DNA of 64,000 bases from an uncultured Gemmatimonadales bacterium (GCA_963793305.1 CAWBZV010000005.1:1216001-1280000), one strand, 5' to 3'; positions 44,148 to 54,737 are shown, counted from the stretch's first letter. The notes: generated by a model from the letters alone, not told the origin. A program made the numbers and translations.

Positions 44148-45524
44148 ATGACAAACTGGAAACCGCGACTTGGCTTGAGGGCTGGACCCACCTACCGCGC
44201 CATCGCCGACGCCTTGGAGGCCGACGTCCGCGAGGGACGCCTCACGCCCGGCGATGCGCTCCCGACGCAACGCGATCTCGCCCGCGCGATCGGGGTCAAC
44301 TTCACCACGGTGACCCGCGGCTACGCGGAGGCGCGCCGGCGGGGGTTGATCAACGCCACGGTTGGCCGCGGCACGTTCGTGGCCAGTCCACAATCGCGTT
44401 CGACGCGGGACCACGACTTGAGCGTCAACACGCCGCCGATCCCCGACTGGTTGCCGGCCGCCTTCCGTGAGACGCTGACCCGTGTCGCGAGCGACCCGGC
44501 GCTCGCGCATCAGGTGCTGAGCTACGAGGTTCGCTTCGCCGATCAGCGCCCGCGCGACGCTGGCGCGATGTGGCTGCGCAGTCGCGGCCTCGATGCATCG
44601 GCCGACCGGGTCGTGGCATCGGCCGGGGCGCTCCATGGCCTCTCGTTGGTCTTGTCGACGTTCGTTCGCCCCGGACAGCGCGTGCTGACCGAGGCGCTCG
44701 CTTATCCGGGACTGCACAACGTCGCGGCTGCCGCCGGCGTGCGCCTCGTCGGTGTCGATATGGACGACGAGGGGCTGCGGCCGGACGCGCTCGAGGCGGC
44801 GTGCCGGCAGCATCGGCCGAAGATGCTCTGCTGCGTTCCGTCGTTGCAGAATCCGACCGCGGCCGTGATGTCGCTCGTGCGCCGTCGCGAGATCCTCACG
44901 GTCGCGCGGCGCTATGATCTCCGCGTTGTGGAGGACGACATCTGCGGGCCGCTGTTGCCTGAGCCGGCGCCGTCGCCACTCGCCGTGCTCGCGCCCGATC
45001 TGGTCACGTACGTCGGCAGTCTCTCGAAGTGCGTCGCGCCGGGTCTTCGCACGGCTTTCGTGCTGGCCCCGACTCCTGACGAAGCCGCGAAGCTCGACGC
45101 CACCCTCCGCGCGTCCATGCTGATGCTCTCGCCGCTGCCACTCGTTGTCGCGTCTGCTTGGATCGCCGACGGCACGGCCGAACGGGCGACCGCTGACATT
45201 CGCCGCGAGGCGACGGCGCGCGCCCAACTGGCCCGCGATATTCTCGGCGCCGATCGGGTCGTCGCGCCCGATGGCTCGCTCCACGGTTGGCTCGCCCTTC
45301 CACCCTCGTGGACCGTCGCCGCGTTCGTCGCCCTCGCCCAGCAGCGCGGGGTTCGCGTCACCCCCGCGGACTGGTACGTCACATCGCCGAGCGAGAATGT
45401 CCGTGCTCCCAGCGCGGTGCGTTTTACTCTTGGCGCCGAGCAGGACCGGCGCCGCATCGAGCACGCGCTCCGCACGCTCGCTTCGATCCTGGCGCAGCCG
45501 GCGGGTGACCGGACGTCGATATGA
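44148..45524 (+). CDS. MocR/GabR family PLP-dependent GntR regulator
   Basis: LPTQRDLA..VNFTTVTRGY HTH; QNPT, EDD and SLSKCVAPGLR aminotransferase motifs. Confidence 0.93.
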   Translation: MTNWKPRLGLRAGPTYRAIADALEADVREGRLTPGDALPTQRDLARAIGVNFTTVTRGYAEARRRGLINATVGRGTFVASPQSRSTRDHDLSVNTPPIPDWLPAAFRETLTRVASDPALAHQVLSYEVRFADQRPRDAGAMWLRSRGLDASADRVVASAGALHGLSLVLSTFVRPGQRVLTEALAYPGLHNVAAAAGVRLVGVDMDDEGLRPDALEAACRQHRPKMLCCVPSLQNPTAAVMSLVRRREILTVARRYDLRVVEDDICGPLLPEPAPSPLAVLAPDLVTYVGSLSKCVAPGLRTAFVLAPTPDEAAKLDATLRASMLMLSPLPLVVASAWIADGTAERATADIRREATARAQLARDILGADRVVAPDGSLHGWLALPPSWTVAAFVALAQQRGVRVTPADWYVTSPSENVRAPSAVRFTLGAEQDRRRIEHALRTLASILAQPAGDRTSI

Positions 45525-46009
45525 GCGCCTACACCGTTCGTCGCGCCGGCGTCGACGACGCGGCGGTCGTCGCCACGCACCGCGCGTTGATGTTCCGCGA
45601 TATGGGCCAGCTGCCGGACACCGATGTCCCATCGTTCGAGACCGGGATGACGCCTTGGCTCGCCCAGCGCATGGCCAGCGGGGAGTACATCGGTTGGGTC
45701 GTCGAGCACGAGGGCCAAGTGATAGCGGGTGGGGGCGTGCTGGTGCGCGACCTATGGTCGATGGCACCGCACATGCGCGTGCCAGGGAAGAATGCGCACA
45801 TCGGGAACGTCTACACCGAGTCCGCGCACCGCCGTCGTGGTGTCGCCCGACTGATCATGCAGACCATTCTGGACTGGTGTACCGCGAACGGGATCGATCT
45901 CGTGACCCTCTCCGCCTCACCCGACGGCCGTCCGCTCTACGAGACGCTCGGCTTCACGGCGGATACGAGGGCGATGCGCCTTTTCACGACGTCACGCGTC
46001 ACGTCGTGA
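45521..46009 (+). CDS. GNAT family N-acetyltransferase
   Basis: NVYTESAHRRRGVA and GRPLYETLGF motifs. Confidence 0.9.
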   Translation: MSAYTVRRAGVDDAAVVATHRALMFRDMGQLPDTDVPSFETGMTPWLAQRMASGEYIGWVVEHEGQVIAGGGVLVRDLWSMAPHMRVPGKNAHIGNVYTESAHRRRGVARLIMQTILDWCTANGIDLVTLSASPDGRPLYETLGFTADTRAMRLFTTSRVTS

Positions 46010-46445
46010 AGAGCGTCTCAGCGAGTATGCGCCGCATGCCGAACGCCGCGAAGGCGTAGTTGCCTCCCGCGACTCCCCCGAGGCCAACCAATATGCCAAT
46101 GAAAGGGTTCACGAATACGCCGGCCAGTACCGCGAAGACAACGCCCATGATCACCAGCGGAGCAATGGACGCACGCACCTCGACGACCGTCGTCGTCCCC
46201 TGCGTTGTCGCGCGGACCTCGCGGCTCATGACCGCCGATAGCCATGATCGGCCGGTCGAAAAGGTGGGACCGAATCGCAACACCCCGTGCTCGTCATCGC
46301 GCGACACTTTGGCCTTCCAGCGCCCCAGTGCCGCGGTGGCCCGGTCGAGTGCTGTTGTCGGTGTGAGCTCGGTCGTGGGGGCGTTGCCGACGAAGCTCAC
46401 GGTGAGCGTTTTCCATCGAAATCGCGTCCGCGGGGGCGATATCAT
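45999..46445 (-). CDS. Hypothetical membrane protein
   Basis: C-terminal two TM helices; start uncertain. Confidence 0.5.
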   Translation of the reverse strand: MISPPRTRFRWKTLTVSFVGNAPTTELTPTTALDRATAALGRWKAKVSRDDEHGVLRFGPTFSTGRSWLSAVMSREVRATTQGTTTVVEVRASIAPLVIMGVVFAVLAGVFVNPFIGILVGLGGVAGGNYAFAAFGMRRILAETLFTT

Positions 46446-46489
46446 GTAACTTGCGACTCGGTAAGCCAACCGTTACTCGAGGCGCGTCG

Positions 46490-47062
46490 ATGAGCTCTCA
46501 TCTCACAGTCCTCGCATTGGTGGTGATGTTTTGGCCTCCGGTGCTCCCCGTGCACAGGGTCTTTACGTTCATTCACCCGGGGCAGGGCGGGCGGGATACT
46601 CCCGCGCTCGTTCTTGTGCCTCGGCAGGAAGGAGGGACGGTTTACAAGCTAGAGTGTCATAATGGCAACTACAATGATGAGAGCGAGATGAGCTTCTCCG
46701 GCGATTTTCAGTGCGCGCTCTATGCGCTGCAAGGTGGTCGTGTGGCGAGCGGCAATCTGCTCGCCGATAGCACGCATGACCAGCAGACGAGCGACTGGCT
46801 GTTCAATCGTGGCCGGATGCTCTCGGTCCAACTGTCGGACCGTTGCGGGGCATATCCCGAATTCGGGCTCGTGCGCCATTTCCGCGTGAGAGGGATGCGC
46901 GTGACGTTGGAATTCGAGGACCTGCAGTGGTCGACATCGAATGGGCAGGAAGGACTCGACCAGTTTACGGTTGATCTGACGGTGGAACCCGATCTGGGCG
47001 CGCTGGCGGAGACATCAGAGATGGCGGGAGCGCCGAGGCCACCGACCGGTTGCGGTTGGTAG
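46490..47062 (+). CDS. Hypothetical secreted protein
   Basis: GAGG RBS; N-terminal hydrophobic segment; four Cys. Confidence 0.6.
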   Translation: MSSHLTVLALVVMFWPPVLPVHRVFTFIHPGQGGRDTPALVLVPRQEGGTVYKLECHNGNYNDESEMSFSGDFQCALYALQGGRVASGNLLADSTHDQQTSDWLFNRGRMLSVQLSDRCGAYPEFGLVRHFRVRGMRVTLEFEDLQWSTSNGQEGLDQFTVDLTVEPDLGALAETSEMAGAPRPPTGCGW

Positions 47063-47067
47063 CGGCT

Positions 47068-48015
47068 CTATTTGCGGAGTTCCTTCACCCCAACGTTGAG
47101 CCGGCGGCGCAGCAACGCGCGCAGCGTCGCTCCATCCGCGTAGCCAACCCGCGCGGCAATTTCGTCGATGCTCGCGTCACTGGTCTTGACCAGATGCACG
47201 GCGCGCTCGACGCGGAGGCTCTGAAAGTACGCGAGCGGTGATTTGCCGAGGACGGCATGCGTTCGGCGCGCGAGCGTACGCTTGCTCGCGCCGACGGCCT
47301 TCGCCGCCTCATCGAGCGAGAACCCGCGCGTGAGTCGCTCTCGCGCCCAGGTCTCGAAGCGCAAGACGATCGCGTCGCTGTGAATCAAATGGTCCACCAA
47401 CGCATAGGCCGACTGCGACGCCCGGGAGTCGACGATGAGATACTTGGCCGTGAGCGCCGCCAGCTGCGGACTCACCCCGCGCACGATCCACAACGCCAGA
47501 TCCATGTGACTGAGCGCCGCGCCCGCGGTGACGAATCGCCCGGATCGCACGAGCATGTTCGACTCGTCGACCAGCACGTTCGGGTAGCGCGCCCGAAAGA
47601 GCGCCGCCAACCACCACGTCGTCGTCGCCCGATGATGATCGAGCAGCCCCGACTCGGCCATCACAAACGTCCCAATGCAAGCGGCCGTCATCGTGGCCCC
47701 CCGGCGCGCCCAGTGCCGTAGCGCGTCACACGCATCGGCGATGTCGGGCCGCGCCAGTGCAACCTCCAGCGGCCCGGGCATCTTGAATCCGATCGCGGGC
47801 ACGACGACACAATCGGGAGTGCCACCGCTGCCCAGCGGGACGCGCAGTCCCTGCGCCGTGCTCACGCGCCGTCGTACACCGACGATGCGCACCTCGAACC
47901 GCGGCACCGCCAATTCGGCCACGGCAATGAGCTCATTCGCCGTCTGAAAGGCATCGAGCACGGCCGAGAGCCCGAGATCGAACACGCCGTCGAGCACGAG
48001 CACGTTGATACGCAT
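47068..48015 (-). CDS. GlxA family (DJ-1 + AraC) regulator
   Basis: ACIGTF, ATTTWW and TAGAALSHMD; AraC HTH. Confidence 0.9.
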   Translation of the reverse strand: MRINVLVLDGVFDLGLSAVLDAFQTANELIAVAELAVPRFEVRIVGVRRRVSTAQGLRVPLGSGGTPDCVVVPAIGFKMPGPLEVALARPDIADACDALRHWARRGATMTAACIGTFVMAESGLLDHHRATTTWWLAALFRARYPNVLVDESNMLVRSGRFVTAGAALSHMDLALWIVRGVSPQLAALTAKYLIVDSRASQSAYALVDHLIHSDAIVLRFETWARERLTRGFSLDEAAKAVGASKRTLARRTHAVLGKSPLAYFQSLRVERAVHLVKTSDASIDEIAARVGYADGATLRALLRRRLNVGVKELRK

Positions 48016-48065
48016 GTGGGCCCCCGCGGCCAAGAGCGGACAACTTTGGTCGTTCGCGCCTTTGC

Positions 48066-48102
48066 TTGGCAATAATGATACGAAACTTGACGTTCTTGCC
48101 AA
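48066..48102. promoter_or_regulatory. Candidate binding site for the adjacent GlxA regulator
   Basis: TTGGCAA...TTGCCAA inverted repeat in the divergent gap. Confidence 0.55.
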
Positions 48103-48137
48103 TACCCAATGGTGCAGCGTCCGCCTACCATCCACTC

Positions 48138-48443
48138 ATGCCAAATCTCACTGTCGCCCTCTTCGCCCGCCTCGAGGCGAAGCCAGGCAAAGAGCAGGAA
48201 GTCGCCGCGTTCTTGGAGCAAGGGCTCCAGCTCGCCAACCAAGAAACCACCACCCCGGTTTGGTTCGCCTTGCGCCTGGGCCCAACCACCTTCGGCATCT
48301 TCGACGCCTTCAAGGACGAAGCCGGCCGCCAAGCCCATCTCACCGGCCCGATCGCCAAAGCGCTCATGGCCCAAGCCCCACATCTCCTTGCCACGCCCCC
48401 CGTGATCGACAAACTCGACGTGCTCGGCGCCAAGCTGCCATGA
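48138..48443 (+). CDS. ABM domain (putative quinol monooxygenase) protein
   Basis: LEAKPGKE and FGIFDAF..E.GRQAHL motifs. Confidence 0.88.
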   Translation: MPNLTVALFARLEAKPGKEQEVAAFLEQGLQLANQETTTPVWFALRLGPTTFGIFDAFKDEAGRQAHLTGPIAKALMAQAPHLLATPPVIDKLDVLGAKLP

Positions 48444-49354
48444 CGGTATTGGGCTGCATTGGGAACACCTCGCTGGTCCAACTGCGAAGCGACCCTCGCA
48501 TCTTCCTCAAGCTCGAGAGCGAGAATCCCACCGGCAGCTTGAAGGATCGGATGGCGCTGGCGATGATCGAGGCGGCCGAAGCCGATGGCCGCCTCGGCCC
48601 TGGCGGCTCGGTGGTCGAGTACACGGCCGGCAGTACCGGCGTATCGCTCGCGCTCGTCTGTGCGGTCCGTCGCTACCCGTTGCACATCGTCACGTCGGAC
48701 GCGTTCGCGCCCGAGAAGCTCGCCCACATGGAGACACTTGGCGCCCAACTCACCATCATCCCGAGCCATGGCGCCGGCATGACCGCAAAACTCACGCTCG
48801 ACATGGTCGAAGCTGCGCGTGCCATCCGACAGGAGACCGGCGCGTTCTGGGCTGATCAGTTGAACAATCCGGCTCCGATCGTTGCCTATCACACAATGGC
48901 CGACGAGATCTGGCGACAGACGGAAGGGCGCATCGACGGGTTCGTGCAAAGCGTTGGCACCGCGGGTTCGCTGCGCGGCAACGCGGAACAGTTGCGCTGC
49001 CACAACCCAAACATCCGCATCGTGGCCGTCGAACCATCCGAGTCGCCAGTGCTGTCCGGTGGGAACACCGGCTCGCACAACATCGATGGCGTAGGTGCGG
49101 GTTTCGTCGTGCCGCTCTGGCGCCCTGACATCGCCAATGACATCGAACGCGTCTCGACGGTCGAGGCGAAGGCCATGGCGAAGCGACTCGCTCGCGAGGA
49201 AGGCCTGTTTCCCGGCACATCAACCGGCGGCAATGTCGTCGCCGCCGTGCGTTTGGCCGACCGCCTGGGACCAACGACAACGGTCGTCACGATCATGTGC
49301 GACACTGGCATGAAGTATCTGCACGCCGAGGGTACATTCCGGCAACTCAGATAG
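48440..49354 (+). CDS. PLP-dependent cysteine synthase family protein
   Basis: IGNT.L, ENPTGSLKDR, GTAGS and CDTGMKYL motifs. Confidence 0.9.
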   Translation: MTVLGCIGNTSLVQLRSDPRIFLKLESENPTGSLKDRMALAMIEAAEADGRLGPGGSVVEYTAGSTGVSLALVCAVRRYPLHIVTSDAFAPEKLAHMETLGAQLTIIPSHGAGMTAKLTLDMVEAARAIRQETGAFWADQLNNPAPIVAYHTMADEIWRQTEGRIDGFVQSVGTAGSLRGNAEQLRCHNPNIRIVAVEPSESPVLSGGNTGSHNIDGVGAGFVVPLWRPDIANDIERVSTVEAKAMAKRLAREEGLFPGTSTGGNVVAAVRLADRLGPTTTVVTIMCDTGMKYLHAEGTFRQLR

Positions 49355-49364
49355 GACCCGGTGT

Positions 49365-49934
49365 GTGAGGTTCATGGCACTCGTAGGCCTCGTTGCCCGC
49401 ACGATGGCCGCGCAGACCGCAGATACCAGCGACGTGGTGTTCATGCAGGGGATGATCTCGCACCACGCCCAAGCACTGGCGATGGTCGCCCTCATCCCCT
49501 CGCACACGTCACGTCAGGAGATTCACCTCATCGGTGAACGCATCAGAATCTCGCAGCAAGACGAGATCGCCTTGATGCAGCACTGGCTGCAAGACCACCA
49601 CGAGCCAGTGACGATCGTCGATTCCAATTACACCGCGCACATGCCGGGCATGGAAGGCATGGCGATGATGATGCCCGGCATGCTGACGCCGGAGCAGATG
49701 ACGCAGCTCGCGCAGGCCAAAGGGCAGGCGTTCGATACCCTGTTCCTCAAAGGCATGATCGGCCATCACGAGGGCGCGATCCGGATGGTCAAAGACTTGT
49801 TCGCCATACCCGGCGCAGCCCAGGCGCCAGAAGTGTTCACCTTCGCCTCTGGCGCGGATGCCGACCAACGGGCGGAGATTCTTCGGATGCGTTCGGTGTT
49901 GAACGCGATCTCCAATGGAGGGAGCAAGTCGTGA
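49365..49934 (+). CDS. DUF305 (ferritin-like, CopM-like) protein
   Basis: FMQGMISHHAQA and FLKGMIGHHEGA motifs. Confidence 0.9.
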   Translation: MRFMALVGLVARTMAAQTADTSDVVFMQGMISHHAQALAMVALIPSHTSRQEIHLIGERIRISQQDEIALMQHWLQDHHEPVTIVDSNYTAHMPGMEGMAMMMPGMLTPEQMTQLAQAKGQAFDTLFLKGMIGHHEGAIRMVKDLFAIPGAAQAPEVFTFASGADADQRAEILRMRSVLNAISNGGSKS

Positions 49935-51676
49935 TCACTTGGCGTCAGACTGTGTTCGTGATGGGATTCGCCGGCGTCGCGGGGGCACAGACCGATCCGC
50001 GCGTCGGCCTCGCCGGAGGCCACTATGTCGAGGCGGCCGACGCGAGCAGCAACATGCAGCTCATCGCGCATAAGGATCGGCCGAAGCCATTCTTCAACCC
50101 GAACGATCCCGGCGATTTCTACGTGATCAACTCGGACCTCGCGTTCCACGAGAACCTGGTCTTCCAGGGTAATTTCTACGGCATCCAGATCTGGGACGTC
50201 GCGGACATCCGGAACCCGGTCCTGAAAACGTCGCTCGTCTGTCCCGGTGGCCAGGGCGATCCGTCCGTCTACGGCAACTTGATGTTCATGTCCGTCGAGA
50301 TGCTGAACGGACGCGTCGACTGCGGCACCCAGGGCGTGAAGGACACGGTGAGCCCGGATCGGTTCAGGGGCGTTCGGGTGTTCGACATCAGCGATGTCGC
50401 GCACCCCAAGCAGATCGCCGCCGTGCAAACGTGCCGCGGCTCGCACACGCACACGCTGATCCCCGACCCCAAGGACAAGAACGTCCTCTGGATCTACGTG
50501 CAGGGAACCTCGCCGTCCCGTCCGGCGGGCGAGTTGGCGGGTTGCTCGGGCGCTCCGCCGGAGCAGGATCCGAACACGTCGCTCTTCCGGATCGACATCA
50601 TCAAGGTGCCGCTCGACCACCCGCAAGACGCGAAAGTCGTTGCCGGCCCGCGCATCTTCGCCTTGAATGGCCAGATCAACGGCCTATGGAAGGGCGGCAA
50701 GCACGGCGAGGGCACGCAGGAGACGTCGACGACCGACCAGTGCCATGACATCACGGCCTACCCGGCGATCGGCCTCGCGGCCGGCGCCTGCTCTGGCAAC
50801 GGGATTTTGCTCGACATCACGAACCCCGGCGAGCCGAAGCGCGTCGCCGAAGTCAGCGATCCGAACTTCGCCTACTTCCACTCGGCGACGTTCAGCAACG
50901 ACGGGAAGAAGGTGATCTTCACCGATGAGTGGGGCGGTGGCGCCCTGCCGCGTTGCCGCGCGAGCGATCCCAAGAACTGGGGCGCGGACGCGATCTTCTC
51001 GATCGGCGCCGACCACAAGCTCACGCTCGACGGGTATTACAAGCTGCCGGCGCCGCAGACCGAGACCGAGAACTGCGTCGCGCACAACGGCTCGCTGATC
51101 CCGGTGCCAGGCCGCGACATCCTCGCGCAAGGATGGTATCAGGGCGGCGTCTCGATCTATGATTTCACGGATCCGGCGCACGCGCAGGAGATCGCATTCT
51201 TCGATCGTGGCCCGCTCGACACCAAGACGCTCTACATCGCCGGCGACTGGGCGGCGTACTGGTACAACGGCTACGTGTACGGATCCGAGATCGCGCGCGG
51301 ACTCGACATCTTCGAGCTCCAGCCGAGCCAGTATCTGTCGAAGAACGAGCTCGACGCGGCCAAGCTCGTCAAGATCGGCACGTCGAATCCGTCGGACCAG
51401 CCGAAGATCGTATGGCCCGCGGCGTTCGTCGTCGCGCGTGCCTATCTCGACCAGCTCGAACGGATGAACGGCCTGGGCACTGACCGTATTGCCGCGATCC
51501 GCGGTGATCTGGACAAAGCGGAGCAGATGTCCGGCGCGCAGCAAAAGTCAGCCTTGGACAAACTCGCCAAGCAGACCGAGGCTGATGCAAAGAACGCGAA
51601 GGACGCCGACCGCGTGCATTGGCTGACCAGTACGATCAAGGGACTGGCTGGCGAGAAGACCGGGAACGGCGGGTGA
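49931..51676 (+). CDS. Secreted LVIVD-repeat beta-propeller protein
   Basis: NSDLAF, GGQGDPSV, CRGSHTHT, FTDEWGGG and ENCVAHN; follows DUF305. Confidence 0.85.
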   Translation: MITWRQTVFVMGFAGVAGAQTDPRVGLAGGHYVEAADASSNMQLIAHKDRPKPFFNPNDPGDFYVINSDLAFHENLVFQGNFYGIQIWDVADIRNPVLKTSLVCPGGQGDPSVYGNLMFMSVEMLNGRVDCGTQGVKDTVSPDRFRGVRVFDISDVAHPKQIAAVQTCRGSHTHTLIPDPKDKNVLWIYVQGTSPSRPAGELAGCSGAPPEQDPNTSLFRIDIIKVPLDHPQDAKVVAGPRIFALNGQINGLWKGGKHGEGTQETSTTDQCHDITAYPAIGLAAGACSGNGILLDITNPGEPKRVAEVSDPNFAYFHSATFSNDGKKVIFTDEWGGGALPRCRASDPKNWGADAIFSIGADHKLTLDGYYKLPAPQTETENCVAHNGSLIPVPGRDILAQGWYQGGVSIYDFTDPAHAQEIAFFDRGPLDTKTLYIAGDWAAYWYNGYVYGSEIARGLDIFELQPSQYLSKNELDAAKLVKIGTSNPSDQPKIVWPAAFVVARAYLDQLERMNGLGTDRIAAIRGDLDKAEQMSGAQQKSALDKLAKQTEADAKNAKDADRVHWLTSTIKGLAGEKTGNGG

Positions 51677-51718
51677 TCGTCGGCGTTCGACTGGCACCCC
51701 GAGCGTGGGTGCCAGTCG

Positions 51719-52540
51719 CTACGGCCGCTGCGCCGGCCGGATCAGCGGACACGAGAGTCGCGGGAATTCGATGCGGAGCAGGAGCTCCGGCCGGGCAAAT
51801 GAGTTGATCTTCAACAGCGTCGTTTCCGCCGAGCAGATCGAATTGATGGCGGTGAACGACACGCTGTCCTCGTGCCGGATCCAGTTCGGTGGAACGACCG
51901 TCTTCTCGGCGTCCACGTACGCGCGGAACTTCTCCTCGATGGACGTGAACGGAGCCGGGTTCGTCGTCCGGCATTCATACACCTGGGGGCGCGTCACGGA
52001 AAACCGCGTCAATGTGCATTCGTCGCGTGCCGTGAGCGACAGGCTCGTTCGGTACGGCGTAGGGGACCATGGCGGTGCCACCCCGTCTCCCATGACCACC
52101 GGCCAAAAATCGCGCCCATCCACTTCGTGATAGAGGCTATCCAGGTCATGGGCCCACCGGTGTACGTCTCGCTCGCGCGCGAGGTTGACGCTATCAGGGA
52201 CCGTTGGGGCGGGTGGTGGGGGCGGCACATGCGTCGGGACGCCCAGGATCGCGATGATCGCAAGGCTCATGATCGCGAGAATGACTAGGAAATCGCGTCC
52301 CGATTTCCGCGGTGCTTGGATCGCCACGATCACCAGGGCGATGATCGAGACCAGCACCACGAGGATGAGCAGAGGCGCTTTCGCTGGCATGGCGATGGCG
52401 ATAACGATCACGACGAGCGCGAGCACGATGATGCCGGCGAAGGGCGGAACCCCGCCAGGAGGCATCCGACGGACGGCCTCGGTCAGCAGACCGAGGAACG
52501 CCCGCACAATGGTCGTGTTCGGATCGCCGCCGCCACTCAT
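51719..52540 (-). CDS. Hypothetical membrane protein (three TM helices plus extracytoplasmic domain)
   Basis: Hydrophobic N-terminal half, Pro linker, Cys-containing C-terminal domain. Confidence 0.6.
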   Translation of the reverse strand: MSGGGDPNTTIVRAFLGLLTEAVRRMPPGGVPPFAGIIVLALVVIVIAIAMPAKAPLLILVVLVSIIALVIVAIQAPRKSGRDFLVILAIMSLAIIAILGVPTHVPPPPPAPTVPDSVNLARERDVHRWAHDLDSLYHEVDGRDFWPVVMGDGVAPPWSPTPYRTSLSLTARDECTLTRFSVTRPQVYECRTTNPAPFTSIEEKFRAYVDAEKTVVPPNWIRHEDSVSFTAINSICSAETTLLKINSFARPELLLRIEFPRLSCPLIRPAQRP

Positions 52541-52756
52541 GTCGTCCGTCCCGGTCAGTCACCCCGGCGTCGCGGGACGGGCAGGCGACGAGCGCCGCTC
52601 GACACACGACTTCGGGTTGGGTCACTCGAACGGCAATCCAAGGCGGCTTCTCGGGGACGGCCGAATCGAACAGTGTTTGTTTTGTCCGTACCACAGCTAG
52701 GCCCGTTGTGATCTAGCCGTGATCCATTAAGACAGTCTAACACTGCACGGTGTGAC

Positions 52757-52792
52757 TGAACAGGCACATTGAACAGGCACATTTCTGACAGC
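52757..52792 (+). repeat. Tandem 13-mer and left copy of a 21-bp inverted repeat
   Basis: TGAACAGGCACAT x2; AACAGGCACATTTCTGACAGC at 52772-52792. Confidence 0.75.
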
Positions 52793-52881
52793 ACGTGGTA
52801 TTTACGCGACAAACGGTCGCGAGTTTATCCAGTGCGTCAACTACAAGTAACGATTGTGGTTGTTTGACAAGTACTGTCTTA

Positions 52882-54261
52882 TTACACGACAGTATGCATG
52901 TCGAGTCTGCTCAACATATCGCGGTCGGACCGAGACGGAAAGGCGCTATCGCCAACTGAGCTCGTAAGGGTCCGCGACTGATGTCGCAGAGTGAGAATGA
53001 CATGCTCGATCTCTTCGACCGCTGCCGGCAGAACCGCCGGTGGCGTGCGCGGCTCTTTCTTAGTCAGGCCCAGAGCCGCTAGCCCTTCCTCCGCCTCACG
53101 GAGGTGCCTCGCCAAACCGAACCGGCGCGCCAGGCGGGCCGCTCGCTGGAATGTGAGCCGCGCGAACTCGGGTGCCTCAAAGGCGCCGTACCCCTCGGCC
53201 ACTTCAATCAGGTTTTCGACCCGCAGCGACGCGGGCATGGGACATCGCGCTAGGGTCACGCGGAACGCATCGAACGTCTCGCGATCGCCATCCGCGACGG
53301 CGATCATGATGATGTTGTTCCCGCACGCCCACTTGTTCGCTCGATCGGTCGCTGAAAAGAATGCGGCCTGGCAGGCGCGACGGGCCGCGACGCGCCGACC
53401 GAGACGGAACAGCGAGCGTCCTAGATCATTGAGGGCACGGCTTCGCTGTTCCCGCTGCGTGTAATTGTGCAGGGCGGTGCCGAGGTATTCGATCGCGGTG
53501 CAGAAGTCGGCATCCTGTTGCGAGACGAGACCCATCTGATGCGCGACGACGCCGCGATTGTGGGCCGCGAGCGCGCGGAGGTCCGGAGAGCCGATGACGT
53601 CCGGCCGGGCCAACACGTCGTCGAGTATCGCGCGCGCGGTCTCCAGACGGTGATTGACCTGATATAGCCGCGCCTGCGCGATGAGCAGCAACAATTCGGT
53701 GCGTCGGTCGCCAAAGAGCGCCGCCGCCGCCAGCCCGGTGTGATACGCGCGAATGCCCAACGACAGGTGCCCGAGCTCCCGGAAACAACTCCCCAACCGA
53801 AGGTGCGCATGCGGAATCCTATCGCGGAGACCGGCATTCCGTGCCGCCTCGATCACGAGCTCATAGACGTTCGCGGCGGGCCCGAACTCTCCGGTCTGCT
53901 CCAGACGAGCCGCGTACTCGGAGAGGGCGTCCACCACGACCCCCGCCACCGGACTGCCTACGACAATGCCATCCAGAATCTTGCCCAGACACGCGCGGGT
54001 CGCGGCGGGTCGCACCGCCCGGATGGCGTGGCGGACTTTGAGGAACGCGCGGTCGCCGAACGCCGCGCGCCGCTCACGGGAGAGCGCGGCGTCGGCCATC
54101 TCGAGCACCAGGGCGCCCGCCCAGTAGCGTTGCCACCGTGCGGAACCGACGCGCGACTGACGCAACGCGACCGCGAACGCTTCGTGGCGGGTGTCGCGAC
54201 TTTCTGTTGGGAGCGTAATGTGATGCAAGTGTTGAGACACAGGAGGCCCGGGCGTGTACAC
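52882..54261 (-). CDS. Cytoplasmic TPR-rich protein, probably regulatory
   Basis: Helical TPR-like repeats (HLRLGSCFRELG, AHNRGVVA, ALNDLGRSL); start uncertain. Confidence 0.75.
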   Translation of the reverse strand: MYTPGPPVSQHLHHITLPTESRDTRHEAFAVALRQSRVGSARWQRYWAGALVLEMADAALSRERRAAFGDRAFLKVRHAIRAVRPAATRACLGKILDGIVVGSPVAGVVVDALSEYAARLEQTGEFGPAANVYELVIEAARNAGLRDRIPHAHLRLGSCFRELGHLSLGIRAYHTGLAAAALFGDRRTELLLLIAQARLYQVNHRLETARAILDDVLARPDVIGSPDLRALAAHNRGVVAHQMGLVSQQDADFCTAIEYLGTALHNYTQREQRSRALNDLGRSLFRLGRRVAARRACQAAFFSATDRANKWACGNNIIMIAVADGDRETFDAFRVTLARCPMPASLRVENLIEVAEGYGAFEAPEFARLTFQRAARLARRFGLARHLREAEEGLAALGLTKKEPRTPPAVLPAAVEEIEHVILTLRHQSRTLTSSVGDSAFPSRSDRDMLSRLDMHTVV

Positions 54262-54697
54262 CGTGTATACGCTGTGGTCGAAGTCCAGTCAACCGGTGTG
54301 GAAACATCTTCGCCTCGCTCGCACCGCCGCCAGTCGGCGGCAGCCCAACGGCCACCGCCGACCTCGTGGCCTAGCAGGGCGAGTTCGTCGTGCCAGCCCC
54401 CGACGAGCTGCCACCGCCGCAATCGCTGCGCACCGGAGACGTGGGTGTCGTGCACGCGACCATGAGAGTCGATGCGAGCGCGATGGCGATGAGGACCTTC
54501 AGACGCACGATCATGGAGCACCTCGACAAAAGTGGATGTGAGTGTTCCTACATCCCTCATGTCGATCGGCCCGCCGCTACTACTGATCGAGTCGCGCCCT
54601 CGTGGCGCTCGATGCCGAATTGCAGGGGGCATCGAATGTCATGTCACGACTGGCCGTTCCGCTCCGCCTGTCGCGTCATCATCTTGCCTGCGCAATG

Positions 54698-54737
54698 GCT
54701 GTCAGAATCATGCCTGTTTCTGTCAGAAAACTGCCCG
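54698..54737 (+). repeat. Right copies of the repeat (period 21)
   Basis: GCTGTCAGAATCATGCCTGTT then CTGTCAGAAAACTGCCCG; first copy 18/21 identical to the reverse complement of 52772-52792. Confidence 0.75.
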
